Source: Calditrichia bacterium (lineage in GTDB: Bacteria > Calditrichota > Calditrichia > RBG-13-44-9 > J075). From it: a stretch of 50,911 nt of DNA. The notes under the pieces are model-generated. The model ran no database searches, had not been told where the DNA came from, and worked only from the letters and a program-made list of their open reading frames with translations. Positions 1-8,645 of the stretch are shown one piece after another; within the stretch, counting starts at the first letter, position 1; every line of letters starts with the position of its first letter. Location: the NCBI GenBank assembly GCA_050633245.1, contig JBOEGD010000041.1, positions 1 to 50,911 on the forward strand, given 5' to 3'. The position numbers and the translations under genes were made by a program.

Positions 1-74
1 GCAGGATTCGAACCTGCGAAGGCAGAGCCATCTGATTTACAGTCAGACCCGTTTGACCGCTTCGGTAACCCACC
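1..74 (-). tRNA. tRNA-Tyr(GTA), 3' end truncated by the window edge
   Basis: Reverse complement GGTGGGTTACCGAAGCGGTCAAACGGGTCTGACTGTAAATCAGATGGCTCTGCCTTCGCAGGTTCGAATCCTGC: anticodon arm TCTGA-CTGTAAA-TCAGA, long variable arm, T-arm GCAGG-TTCGAAT-CCTGC. The 3' acceptor strand lies outside the window. Confidence 0.96.
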
Positions 75-250
75 TTTTCCGGAAACCGCCCGCCTCCGCC
101 TTCGCCGCGACCGCGGTGAAGCCATTGGCCTGTGGTGACCGACCAAGGCCGGCCCGCCGAGACGGCCGCCCTCGCCCTGCCCGCCACCCGCTCGCGGGAC
201 CGCGACGCCGCCAAACCCATTTCGGGTTTCGCTCGCCGTCGCCGCCCAAG

Positions 251-323
251 AGCTAGCGGAGGGACTTGAACCCACAACCTGCTGATTACAAATCAGCTGC
301 TCTGCCAATTGAGCTACACCAGC
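251..323 (-). tRNA. tRNA-Thr(TGT), CCA not encoded
   Basis: Reverse complement GCTGGTGTAGCTCAATTGGCAGAGCAGCTGATTTGTAATCAGCAGGTTGTGGGTTCAAGTCCCTCCGCTAGCT: anticodon arm GCTGA-TTTGTAA-TCAGC. The Thr(TGT)-Tyr(GTA) order matches the start of the common tufB-type tRNA cluster. Confidence 0.96.
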
Positions 324-333
324 AATTAAAAGT

Positions 334-369
334 AGCCCCCTAATATAACAGGATGAAATCTTAATGCAA
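334..369 (-). promoter_or_regulatory. sigma70-type promoter of the tRNA operon with GC-rich discriminator
   Basis: Minus strand: TTGCAT (369-364), 16-nt spacer ending TGt, TATATT (347-342), then AGGGGGC just upstream of tRNA-Thr. Confidence 0.6.
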
Positions 370-727
370 CTCTAAAAAATATTTTTTCATCTTTGGGCTA
401 TCTACCCGACATAAACCCACAATAGCACCCGGCTTCTTAGTGCAAAACAACGGCGAATTTGCCAGAGAATAAGTCATTACTGTCCTACACAAAGCAGAGA
501 ATATAGAGTCCGGAACAATGTAGAACATACAATATAAGCATTCTTCCTGCGTTCAAAAGCACAAAACAATTTTAGCTGGCCAATTCTGCGAGAAAAACAG
601 TCATCAGCTTACCCCTTTATCAAACTGCGGAAAAGAAATTTCAAAAAATACAGATTGCAATTTCATCACAAATGAATAGATATTGATTTAATACGAAACA
701 CTGCACATAAATTTCGGGAGAGTTGCT

Positions 728-931
728 ATGGAAAAGGGAACCATCAAGATGTATGATCCGGTAAAAGGGTTTGGCTTTATTGTTACCGAAGATGACGACG
801 ATCTGTATTTCTCAAAAAACGACGTCCACCCAAAGTCCCGCAACGCAATATTACGCGAAGGATTGAACGTCGGCTTTGATATGAAGCGTGAGATGAAAGG
901 CGACCGAGCTATTAATGTGCGCGTGTTTTAA
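728..931 (+). CDS. cold-shock domain protein (divergent Csp)
   Basis: 67 aa; KGTIK..KGFGFI (RNP1) and C-terminal KGDRAINV; GGGAGAG upstream of ATG. Confidence 0.9.
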   Translation: MEKGTIKMYDPVKGFGFIVTEDDDDLYFSKNDVHPKSRNAILREGLNVGFDMKREMKGDRAINVRVF

Positions 932-968
932 ATAGAACTCATACTTTTTTATTCTGCTTTATCATATT

Positions 969-994
969 AAAAAGCGGCTGTGGAACAGCCGCTT
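969..994. terminator. intrinsic terminator-like hairpin between convergent csp and SDR genes
   Basis: AAGCGGCTGT-gga-ACAGCCGCTT (972-994) preceded by an A-run, which is a U-tract on the minus strand. Confidence 0.65.
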
Positions 995-1079
995 CCCTGC
1001 CATTTGAGATTTCCACACCACTCCCCAACTCCTAGTAAGCACCTGGATAACCGTATCTAGTTAGAAATGCAAGTACTAG

Positions 1080-1200
1080 ATGACCGGCATTTTCGCCCCC
1101 GGTGAGGCGACGGAGGTACCGCTTAGCGGCGGAAATGATTATCAAGGCTTTATCGCACTATATGACGATCAGGGTGTTTTACAATGGGCAGGGGCAAGAG
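1080..1200 (+). pseudogene. probable gene remnant resembling one SBBP/beta-propeller repeat
   Basis: Reads TGIFAPGEATEVPLSGGNDYQGFIALYDDQGVLQWA, like the 'FGxGExNETTLTSxGxxDxFxAKYDxxGxLxWA' repeat. In-frame TAG immediately upstream, no signal peptide, and the frame runs antisense into the SDR gene. Confidence 0.4.
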
Positions 1201-1211
1201 GTTTTCACACA

Positions 1212-1245
1212 GCTTACCGGTCGCGAATGGGGGCGACCGGTAAGC
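1212..1245 (-). terminator. 13-bp hairpin just downstream of the SDR stop
   Basis: GCTTACCGGTCGC (1212-1224) / GCGACCGGTAAGC (1233-1245); weak U-tract. Confidence 0.5.
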
Positions 1246-1252
1246 AAAATAT

Positions 1253-2101
1253 TTACTTCTTTGGGCGCATCATTTGGAACACTTGTTTCAGCTGCTTGCG
1301 CGGCATCATCTGTGCTACCATGTTGAACTGTGCCCCCTGTAGTCGTTCGGCGCCATCAATGTTTACACACTCGCCCGTCATATAAGGCGACAAATCAGAC
1401 ATCATAAAAACGGCAAGGTTATTCAATTCCTCCGGCTCTCCGTAGCGATTCATTGGATGTCTTTTCAGATACATCTTCTCAAAGTTCTCATCCGGCATCA
1501 AGCGCTTCCACGCTCCCTCTGTGGGAAATGGTCCCGGAGCAATGGCATTCACGCGAATTCCGTAGGTCGCCCATTCGTAGGCCAGCGAATTGGTCATCGC
1601 ATACACACCCGCTTTGGCACAGGCTGAAGGTAATACGAACGCACAGCCCGTTTCGGTATAGGTTGTAACGATGTTAATAATGTTTCCGGGCTTTTCATCT
1701 TCAATTAGTTGAGCACCAAAGGTTTGGCTACAGTTAAATGAACCGGTTAGCACAATATCGACAACTGCCTTGAACCCATTGGGTGTCAGCTCTTCAGACG
1801 GACAGTAAAAATTTCCGGCAGCATTATTTACCAAACCATTCAATTCACCAAACTCGGTCTTCAGGCTTTTCATCATTTCCGATACTGCCTCATAGTCACG
1901 CACATCAACTGAGTGCCATAGCACCTTCGTACCGAACTCACCGATAGACTCAGCTGCTTTTTTAAGCTTTTCCTCCGTTCGACCGCAAATGGCAATATTT
2001 GCACCGTGCTCAGCAAATGCTCGCGCCATCCCCAAACCGAGTCCGCTACCGCCACCGGTAATTAATATCGACTTCCCTTTAAGCGTATCTTTTGTAAACA
2101 T
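1253..2101 (-). CDS. SDR oxidoreductase, 2,4-dienoyl-CoA reductase-like
   Basis: TGGGSGLG, NNAAGNF, SACAKAG, IRVNAIAPGPF, DGA motifs. ATG at 2101 with AAAGGA upstream is preferred over the TTG at 2140. Confidence 0.9.
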   Translation of the reverse strand: MFTKDTLKGKSILITGGGSGLGLGMARAFAEHGANIAICGRTEEKLKKAAESIGEFGTKVLWHSVDVRDYEAVSEMMKSLKTEFGELNGLVNNAAGNFYCPSEELTPNGFKAVVDIVLTGSFNCSQTFGAQLIEDEKPGNIINIVTTYTETGCAFVLPSACAKAGVYAMTNSLAYEWATYGIRVNAIAPGPFPTEGAWKRLMPDENFEKMYLKRHPMNRYGEPEELNNLAVFMMSDLSPYMTGECVNIDGAERLQGAQFNMVAQMMPRKQLKQVFQMMRPKK

Positions 2102-2147
2102 GGCGTTCCTTTCGCTAAGAAATGATTGAACAGCGTTCAAATCGTAT

Positions 2148-2177
2148 TAAAAAGAAAAGGCCTCGTCGGCCCTTTCT
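2148..2177 (-). terminator. intrinsic terminator after pepD
   Basis: Minus strand AGAAAGGGCC-gacga-GGCCTTTTCT followed by a T-run. Confidence 0.6.
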
Positions 2178-2187
2178 AAAAAACTAT

Positions 2188-3657
2188 TTATTTCTTTCCA
2201 ACGGCTTCCAAAATTCCGACTAGAAAATCCCAGAATCTTTCGACAGTTGAAATTTGCACCTGCTCATCTGGCGAATGCGCACCGGTAATCGTCGGTCCAA
2301 AAGAGACCATATCCATTCCCGGAAATTTCGCTCCGATAATACCGCATTCCAGCCCGGCATGAATAGCCAGAATTTCCGGCGCCTTACCAAAACGCTGCTC
2401 GTGGACACCCTTCGCCAGGTGCAGAAGCTTCGAGTCCGGATTCGGTTCCCAGCCGGGATAACCATTGCTATACCGAATATCAGCTTGAGCAAGCTTGGCA
2501 GACGCACTGACCATGTTTACTGCATCTTGCAAACCAGAGGCAACAGAGCCACGCTGACTGGTGTGAACAAGAATATGGTCATCATGCGTTTTGATTACGG
2601 CAAGATTCGTTGAGGTCTCTACCAAACCGGGAACGGCCTGGCTCATTGCCAACACACCATGGGGCATACCGTAAAGCATATTTAGCAACCTCGTTTGCAG
2701 GTCCTTTGCAAAAACCTGTTGCGGTGCATTGAAGCCACTTTCTTCCAGTCTTAAGAAAACATCCGCATCTACCAGTTTTAGCTCATCCTTAAAAACTTTG
2801 TCAAATTCTGATGCGATTTCATTTATCGCCGCATCTTTTTCAAGTGGAATATATATCACAGCATCACATTCTCGTGGAATGGCATTGCGCATACTTCCAC
2901 CGTCGATATGCGCAAGACGCACATCGAAGTCTTCCAAACAACGATGTAGAAAACGGGTAAGCAGCTTTAATCCATTACCAAGACCGCTACTAATTTGTAA
3001 TCCTGAGTGCCCACCCAGTAATCCACCAATCCGAACATGCTTTGCAGCATACCCTGATGGAACCATTTCAGTTTTCAGAGGAAAGGAGATGACGGTATCA
3101 CGTCCGCCTGCACAGCCAATATACATGGCACCATCTTCTTCCGAGTCCATATTCAACAGCACGCGACCTTCAAGCATATCTTCACCAAGTTCGATAGCGC
3201 CGGTCAGTCCTGTTTCTTCGTCAATGGTGAACAGGAATTCCATAGGGCCATGAGCAACGTCCTTGCTATCCATAACAGCAAGAGCGGCGGCGACACCAAT
3301 TCCATTATCCGCCCCAAGCGTTGTGCCATCAGCGGTAATCCAGTCGCCGTCTCTTAAGAGGCGGATTGGATCTTTATCAAAATCGTGTACCGTATCTTTG
3401 TTCTTTTCACAGACCATATCCAAATGGCTCTGCAAAATAACAACTGGTGTGTTTTCCATCCCAGGAGTAGCAGGCTTGCGAACAACAATGTTTTTTACTG
3501 CATCGAGTCGATATTCGAAGCCATTTCTCTCCGCAACACCTATTACATACTTACTAACGCGTTCTTCATCTTTAGAAGGCCGCGGAATTTGGCTAATGCC
3601 ATAAAAATGTTCCCAAAGAAGTGCCGGTTTTAGTCCTTCAATCGCAATCTTAGTCAT
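2188..3657 (-). CDS. pepD: aminoacyl-histidine dipeptidase (M20C)
   Basis: QSHLDMVCEK, TTLGADNGIG, DEETGL, MDSEE, GGHSG, IHAGLECG, HSPDE motifs; ATG at 3657 with GAGG upstream. Confidence 0.95.
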   Translation of the reverse strand: MTKIAIEGLKPALLWEHFYGISQIPRPSKDEERVSKYVIGVAERNGFEYRLDAVKNIVVRKPATPGMENTPVVILQSHLDMVCEKNKDTVHDFDKDPIRLLRDGDWITADGTTLGADNGIGVAAALAVMDSKDVAHGPMEFLFTIDEETGLTGAIELGEDMLEGRVLLNMDSEEDGAMYIGCAGGRDTVISFPLKTEMVPSGYAAKHVRIGGLLGGHSGLQISSGLGNGLKLLTRFLHRCLEDFDVRLAHIDGGSMRNAIPRECDAVIYIPLEKDAAINEIASEFDKVFKDELKLVDADVFLRLEESGFNAPQQVFAKDLQTRLLNMLYGMPHGVLAMSQAVPGLVETSTNLAVIKTHDDHILVHTSQRGSVASGLQDAVNMVSASAKLAQADIRYSNGYPGWEPNPDSKLLHLAKGVHEQRFGKAPEILAIHAGLECGIIGAKFPGMDMVSFGPTITGAHSPDEQVQISTVERFWDFLVGILEAVGKK

Positions 3658-3798
3658 AATTTCCGCCTCATAGAATCTTTTACCGTTGACCGTCAACGGG
3701 TTTGAAATTAACTTGTATGGAAATGAATATGCAAGCGGTTTGTTACTTGCTATCCGGTTTTTTCACCTTGAAAGCACCACTAAAAGGATATCCCACCC

Positions 3799-4608
3799 AT
3801 GTTTAAACTTGGCTATTATCAGTTTCGACCACTATTTGGCAAGGTAAACACAAATCTCTCAAAAGTATTAAAAGCGTTGGCGCCCGCCGATGCAGATCTG
3901 ATTGTGCTCCCTGAATTGGCGTTTACAGGATATTACTTTAGTGGTCGTGAGGAGACCCTACAGCTGGCAGAAGACCCAAACCACTCCGCAACGATTGATA
4001 GCCTGCTCAACTTGTGCAAACGAAGAAATTTTTATTTAGTTACCGGCTTCGCCGAGAAAAAGCAGGATAAAGTTTTTAACAGCTCAATTTTGCTCGGTCC
4101 GGAAGGAATTATTCATACCTATCGCAAGCTTCATCTTTTCTCAGAGGAAAAGAACTGCTTCGACCCCGGTGACACTCCACTGGCGCTTTCAGATGTTCGT
4201 GGTGCAAAGGTAGGGATGATGGTTTGCTTCGACTGGATCTTTCCTGAGGTCATGCGCAGCCTAACCGTGTTGGGAGCCGACATTATTTGCCACCCGTCTA
4301 ACCTCGTGCTCAGCTATTGCCAACAGACGATGCTCTCTCGCTGCCTCGAAAACTCGGTATTTGCTGTAACGGCTAACCGCTTTGGCATTGACAAACGTCC
4401 ACACGGCGAACTCCGATTCACCGGAAAAAGCCAAATAGTAGCTCCCAAGGGCGTTTTACTGCAACGTGCACCATCACAACGCACCGATCTGCAAATACAC
4501 GAAATTGACCCCGCGCTGGCTCGAAATAAGGACATTACTGCGCTAAACAACATTATGACCGATCGCCGCCCGGAATTCTATTCCCCTCTTTGCCGGGAAA
4601 ACAATTAA
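3799..4608 (+). CDS. carbon-nitrogen hydrolase (nitrilase superfamily)
   Basis: E-K-C triad in LPEL, YRKLHL, VCFDW; C-terminal DRRPEFY. Confidence 0.92.
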   Translation: MFKLGYYQFRPLFGKVNTNLSKVLKALAPADADLIVLPELAFTGYYFSGREETLQLAEDPNHSATIDSLLNLCKRRNFYLVTGFAEKKQDKVFNSSILLGPEGIIHTYRKLHLFSEEKNCFDPGDTPLALSDVRGAKVGMMVCFDWIFPEVMRSLTVLGADIICHPSNLVLSYCQQTMLSRCLENSVFAVTANRFGIDKRPHGELRFTGKSQIVAPKGVLLQRAPSQRTDLQIHEIDPALARNKDITALNNIMTDRRPEFYSPLCRENN

Positions 4609-4743
4609 TTTGTAAAAGTTATATACAAATCACCTGTTAATTCAACCCCTGGTTACCTTCTGACGACAGCATTTCCGGAGAACGTAACCGGCAAAGTATT
4701 TGCAGTGTCTTCTCAGGAACAACAAAAAAATGTGGGAGTTTTT

Positions 4744-6126
4744 ATGCATCTTTCCAGATCAAAGAACTTTGGCAGGATAACGTTTTCAGAGCGGGAAATC
4801 CGCTTTTTCGTGGCGTGGCGTATTGTGGTTGTCCTGATCCTTGTTCTTCATTTCCCGGTTTTTCCTCAGGGGCCCGCCTGCAATATGGAACCTTTTAGTT
4901 CCACAACAATATCACCGGTATTCACGCTCGATGGTGTTGGTGATAATGTCGATACTATTGATTTCTGGGAGGCACCGGATATTAACAATACCCTGATGTT
5001 CGTAACCTCCAAGGACAACTCATTGGTAGAAATCTGGAAATATCCGTTTGAAAACAACCAGCAAAGCCCGCTGACACATTCGACGTTCGGTAACAGCCGG
5101 GTGAATGGGGTCGTCGTCGACCAGGAAGAAGATTTGCTCTATATCGCGACTGCAGATCCGGCCAGTACTGTCAGCGTATTTTCCCTGCCGGACCTGACCT
5201 TCATTCACAATTTCAACAAACCGGGTGTCGACCTCGACAACGAACCGAATCTTACCCTTCTCAAACTTCCCAATGGCGATAAAAGGATTTATCTGTCTTC
5301 AAAGACCACCGTCTATATTCACGATGCCGCCAGTGGGGATTATCTGGGGGAATTCCAACCGGAAGATGGTCTGGAAACCATGGCCGCCGATGAGTATCAC
5401 CAGGTGATTTATATTCCTGATGAAATGGGTGGCACCGGGGTTTATGTCCACCATCCGGATGGTCAACCGTTTGAACGAAACGGCAGCAACAATTTTGGTG
5501 GCGGCGATATTTTTGATGCTGATGCCGAGGGCATCTGGCTCTATAAATGTCTTTCTACAAACGGTGATGACACCGGCGATGGCCTGATCATCGTTTCCGA
5601 CCAACGGTCCTCAGAAACTGATTTTGAAGTATTCGACCGTCTTACCTGGGAACATCTGGGCACCTTCAACCTCGGCGGTGTTTCCAATACCGACGGCATC
5701 TGTGCTTTTCAAACCCCTTTGCCCGGTTATCCAAGTGGTGTTTTTGCAGCAATTGATGATGATCAACAAACCGCTGTGGGAGATTGGGAAGTCATTTTCA
5801 ACGCCATAGGTTCAGTAGTCGGTATCGGAGATGGGGAAACGACTGTGCGCGATTTTCGCGTGAGCGTCAATTATCCTAATCCGTTCAATCCGACTACAAC
5901 AATCGACTACCACTTACCACAAGCCAATCGGGTGAAATTAAGGATTTACAACATCTACGGGCAGCTCGTTCGCGAGCTGGTCAATGAGCACAAACCGGCA
6001 GGAGCATTCGGGGTGGTTTGGGATGGTTTGAACAGTGATGGTCTTCCTGTGAGCAGTGGGGTTTACATGTACGTGTTCTCTACTCCGGAATTCCAGCAGT
6101 CCCAAAAAATGACTCTGGTTCGGTGA
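4744..6126 (+). CDS. secreted beta-propeller phytase-like protein with T9SS-like (FlgD-Ig) CTD
   Basis: Hydrophobic N-terminus; DAEGIWLY, IIVSDQ, NTDGI motifs of beta-propeller phytases; NYPNPFNP...WDG...SGVY...KMTLVR tail. Start uncertain: ATG 4744 with GGGAG, or GTG 4705. Confidence 0.72.
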   Translation: MHLSRSKNFGRITFSEREIRFFVAWRIVVVLILVLHFPVFPQGPACNMEPFSSTTISPVFTLDGVGDNVDTIDFWEAPDINNTLMFVTSKDNSLVEIWKYPFENNQQSPLTHSTFGNSRVNGVVVDQEEDLLYIATADPASTVSVFSLPDLTFIHNFNKPGVDLDNEPNLTLLKLPNGDKRIYLSSKTTVYIHDAASGDYLGEFQPEDGLETMAADEYHQVIYIPDEMGGTGVYVHHPDGQPFERNGSNNFGGGDIFDADAEGIWLYKCLSTNGDDTGDGLIIVSDQRSSETDFEVFDRLTWEHLGTFNLGGVSNTDGICAFQTPLPGYPSGVFAAIDDDQQTAVGDWEVIFNAIGSVVGIGDGETTVRDFRVSVNYPNPFNPTTTIDYHLPQANRVKLRIYNIYGQLVRELVNEHKPAGAFGVVWDGLNSDGLPVSSGVYMYVFSTPEFQQSQKMTLVR

Positions 6127-6152
6127 AACGTATCCGGAATTAAATCGGTGGG

Positions 6153-6992
6153 CTAGAAATAAACATATCCTGCCAGAGAAAACTCTTCGGCAAGCGAAGC
6201 CTGAAGTCGTTCAGGCTTTTTAAAGAGTTCAAAGAGAATGCACGTTGCGATCAGACTATCAATTGCGTCTCCGTAGCGATCGGCAAGAATTTGCTCTCTC
6301 GTTTCCTTCTCACTAATTAGAACATCTTGCACTTCAAGGTATTCCAGTATCCCTTCACGCTGTCGTCGCGCGCGTTTTCCCGCCTTCGGATCACCCTTTT
6401 TTTCCTTATAGGGCTGATATAAACCGTGTCGCTTTAGAAAAGAGGCCGGACAGGTTTCAAGTAGATTTGCTTTATGTGAATGAAAGGGCATCATTGGAAG
6501 AATGACGGCTTTACCCGTGATTGCCAGCGGCATCAGGACCTCAGTTATTCCATAATAGGTCTGTCGATAAATCCATAGATTATATGGCGCGAAGGGCGCC
6601 TCGCTAAGCACATCGCAATTGCGTTTGAGCTCGGGCTTTGCAGACAGGCTGCGACAATAATTGCGAAAGTCTTCCGGCGAAGTAAATTTTATTGAGAATC
6701 GTTTGGCAAAGTCGAGCCAGTTTGCGCATCCAAACATTTGTGAGGGGTGAACTGCAAAAGGGAAATCCAGGCCGTACACACCTGGATTCAGGCTGATAAA
6801 CTTCCGCAGGGCAATCAAACATTTTTCTCGTGACAGGCCGGATGCCGGAAGGTTCTTACCTTGAGTGGTAGAAACAATCCGCAAAACATCCTTTTCTATT
6901 TTGCCACAGCTTATCCAAAGATGGTTCCCAGCCTTTACGGCGCCACTAAAGTCGACGCCATAAAGGACGTGTTCAGAGAAAAGGGATTGCAT
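6153..6992 (-). CDS. DUF429-like protein (predicted RNase H-like nuclease fold)
   Basis: YGVDFSGA, GLDFPF, LETCPAS, DAIDSLIA acidic motifs; ATG 1 nt after the upstream stop. Confidence 0.7.
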   Translation of the reverse strand: MQSLFSEHVLYGVDFSGAVKAGNHLWISCGKIEKDVLRIVSTTQGKNLPASGLSREKCLIALRKFISLNPGVYGLDFPFAVHPSQMFGCANWLDFAKRFSIKFTSPEDFRNYCRSLSAKPELKRNCDVLSEAPFAPYNLWIYRQTYYGITEVLMPLAITGKAVILPMMPFHSHKANLLETCPASFLKRHGLYQPYKEKKGDPKAGKRARRQREGILEYLEVQDVLISEKETREQILADRYGDAIDSLIATCILFELFKKPERLQASLAEEFSLAGYVYF

Positions 6993-6993
6993 C

Positions 6994-8457
6994 TTACTGT
7001 AGAAGCGTCATCTTGCGCGTTTCCACAACCTTTTTGTCTACAACCAGAGAGTAAAAATAAGAACCACTGGCCAGCTTCTGGCCAGTATTTGTCGTTCCTT
7101 CCCAACGCAAACTATGCGAACCGGCGGAAAGCTCTCCACCTTCAACCTCAGCAACCATCTTTCCACTAACGTCGAAGATTCGGACTGAAACGAACGCAGA
7201 TCGGGACAGGTCAAAAGGAATTAGTGTAAGCGGATTAAACGGGTTTGGATAGTTTTCACCCAGCGTAAACTTTTCAGGTGCAGTAGTTGGAGGAAGTATG
7301 CCAGTGAGAGAGCCACCAATTTTGTAGATTCTTCCATTAAACGAGCAGATGTACAGATTTTTGTTCAGATCCTGTCCAAAGCTGGCAATATTGCTGAAAA
7401 AATCGACAACTAGTGAGTTCACCGGTTCAGTTAATCCGTCATAAGACAGTGCCCAAACGCGACCACTAAGATAGTCAGCATAAATATATCGGCCGGCTAA
7501 CTCTGGAATTCGATTTCCACGATACACATAGCCACCGGTAATTGAACCATTTCCGCTACCGTGCGGATATTCCCATACCGGCTTAATCAGATTTGTAGTA
7601 TCGCAGGCGCTTCCGGGAGGATAACAGTGATTACCTTCCATTATCTTCCAGCCATAGTTGCCGCCGGAAGTAATGATAGAGATTTCCTCCCAGTTGTTTT
7701 GCCCAACATCTGCGGCCCAAAGGTTCCCGGTAACATCATCAAAGCTAAATCTCCAAACATTGCGTAATCCATAGGCATAGATTTCTTCGAGATAGCCTTG
7801 CGAATTACCAACATATGGATTGTCAGATGGAATGCGATAAAGCTCGGAAGGACTTGAGTTATTAACATCAATTCGCAGCATATTACCGAGATCGGTGACG
7901 CGTCGCTGACCGTGGTTTTGCGGATCACCACCGCTACCGCCATCTCCCGTAGCAATATAGAGATAGCCATCCGGTCCAAAAGCAATCTGACCGGCGTTGT
8001 GGTTACTAAACGGCTTTGATACTGTTAAAATTACCAGTTCACTATCTGCAACTGCTACATTCGGATCGGTGTCCGAGACCTTAAAGCGCGCGATCACGGT
8101 GCGATTTGGTCCGTTTGCCGTATAATTAACAAAGAAATACCCATTATTTGCATAATCCGGATGGAATGCTAAACCGAGCAACCCTTCCTCATCAGACGAA
8201 TCGTCAACCCTGGCTTCAATGTCTAGAAATGTTGTTACATCTGCAGGAGTAGCCAGTGAATCATTTTGAAAAACCGAGATAATTCCGCGCTGTTGGACAA
8301 CAAAAACTCTATCCGTACCGTCACCGGGGTGCTGAAAGTCTACCGGGCGCACAAACGTTAATCCGGGGTAAGCCTGTACCAGTTGATACTGGGCAAGGCT
8401 CGGAAGTGAGATCAACAACATTATGGCGCTAATTAATACTTTATACGAAAGTCGCAT
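6994..8457 (-). CDS. PQQ-dependent sugar (glucose/sorbosone) dehydrogenase family protein with T9SS-like CTD
   Basis: Signal peptide; GLLGLAFHP, NHNAGQIAFGPDGYLYIATGDGG, AYGLRNVWRFSFD, DVGQNNWEE, GGNYGW, SITGGYVYRG; NYPNPFNP tail. Confidence 0.9.
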   Translation of the reverse strand: MRLSYKVLISAIMLLISLPSLAQYQLVQAYPGLTFVRPVDFQHPGDGTDRVFVVQQRGIISVFQNDSLATPADVTTFLDIEARVDDSSDEEGLLGLAFHPDYANNGYFFVNYTANGPNRTVIARFKVSDTDPNVAVADSELVILTVSKPFSNHNAGQIAFGPDGYLYIATGDGGSGGDPQNHGQRRVTDLGNMLRIDVNNSSPSELYRIPSDNPYVGNSQGYLEEIYAYGLRNVWRFSFDDVTGNLWAADVGQNNWEEISIITSGGNYGWKIMEGNHCYPPGSACDTTNLIKPVWEYPHGSGNGSITGGYVYRGNRIPELAGRYIYADYLSGRVWALSYDGLTEPVNSLVVDFFSNIASFGQDLNKNLYICSFNGRIYKIGGSLTGILPPTTAPEKFTLGENYPNPFNPLTLIPFDLSRSAFVSVRIFDVSGKMVAEVEGGELSAGSHSLRWEGTTNTGQKLASGSYFYSLVVDKKVVETRKMTLLQ

Positions 8458-8645
8458 ACTTTATCCTTTCATTCTGGTTAACAACTATGGCGCTACCCAC
8501 AGTGAATAGACCTGTTTATTCGTCATGTCTAAAAGAAGAGATACAGTTAGAATATACGATATAATACGTCTTACACTCCGGCAAATTTTATGCCTTTAAA
8601 GAAATGATGCGTTAACCAGTTATCATTGCCCGCAAGAAGCTCATA

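Noticed and set aside
43-256. ORFs 43..249 (-) and 53..256 (+)
   Set aside because: They overlap tRNA genes and are Arg/Pro/Ala-rich products of the stop-poor GC-rich spacer; no RBS.
1080-1385. Full 101-aa ORF (and 1102..1326) as an intact gene
   Set aside because: Only the first ~37 codons look protein-like; the rest crosses a terminator hairpin and runs antisense into the SDR gene.
2729-3604. Long antisense ORFs inside pepD (likewise 16699..17313, 23995..24423, 38322..39119, 48785..49099)
   Set aside because: Shadow or alternate frames of well-supported genes, with no motifs or RBS.
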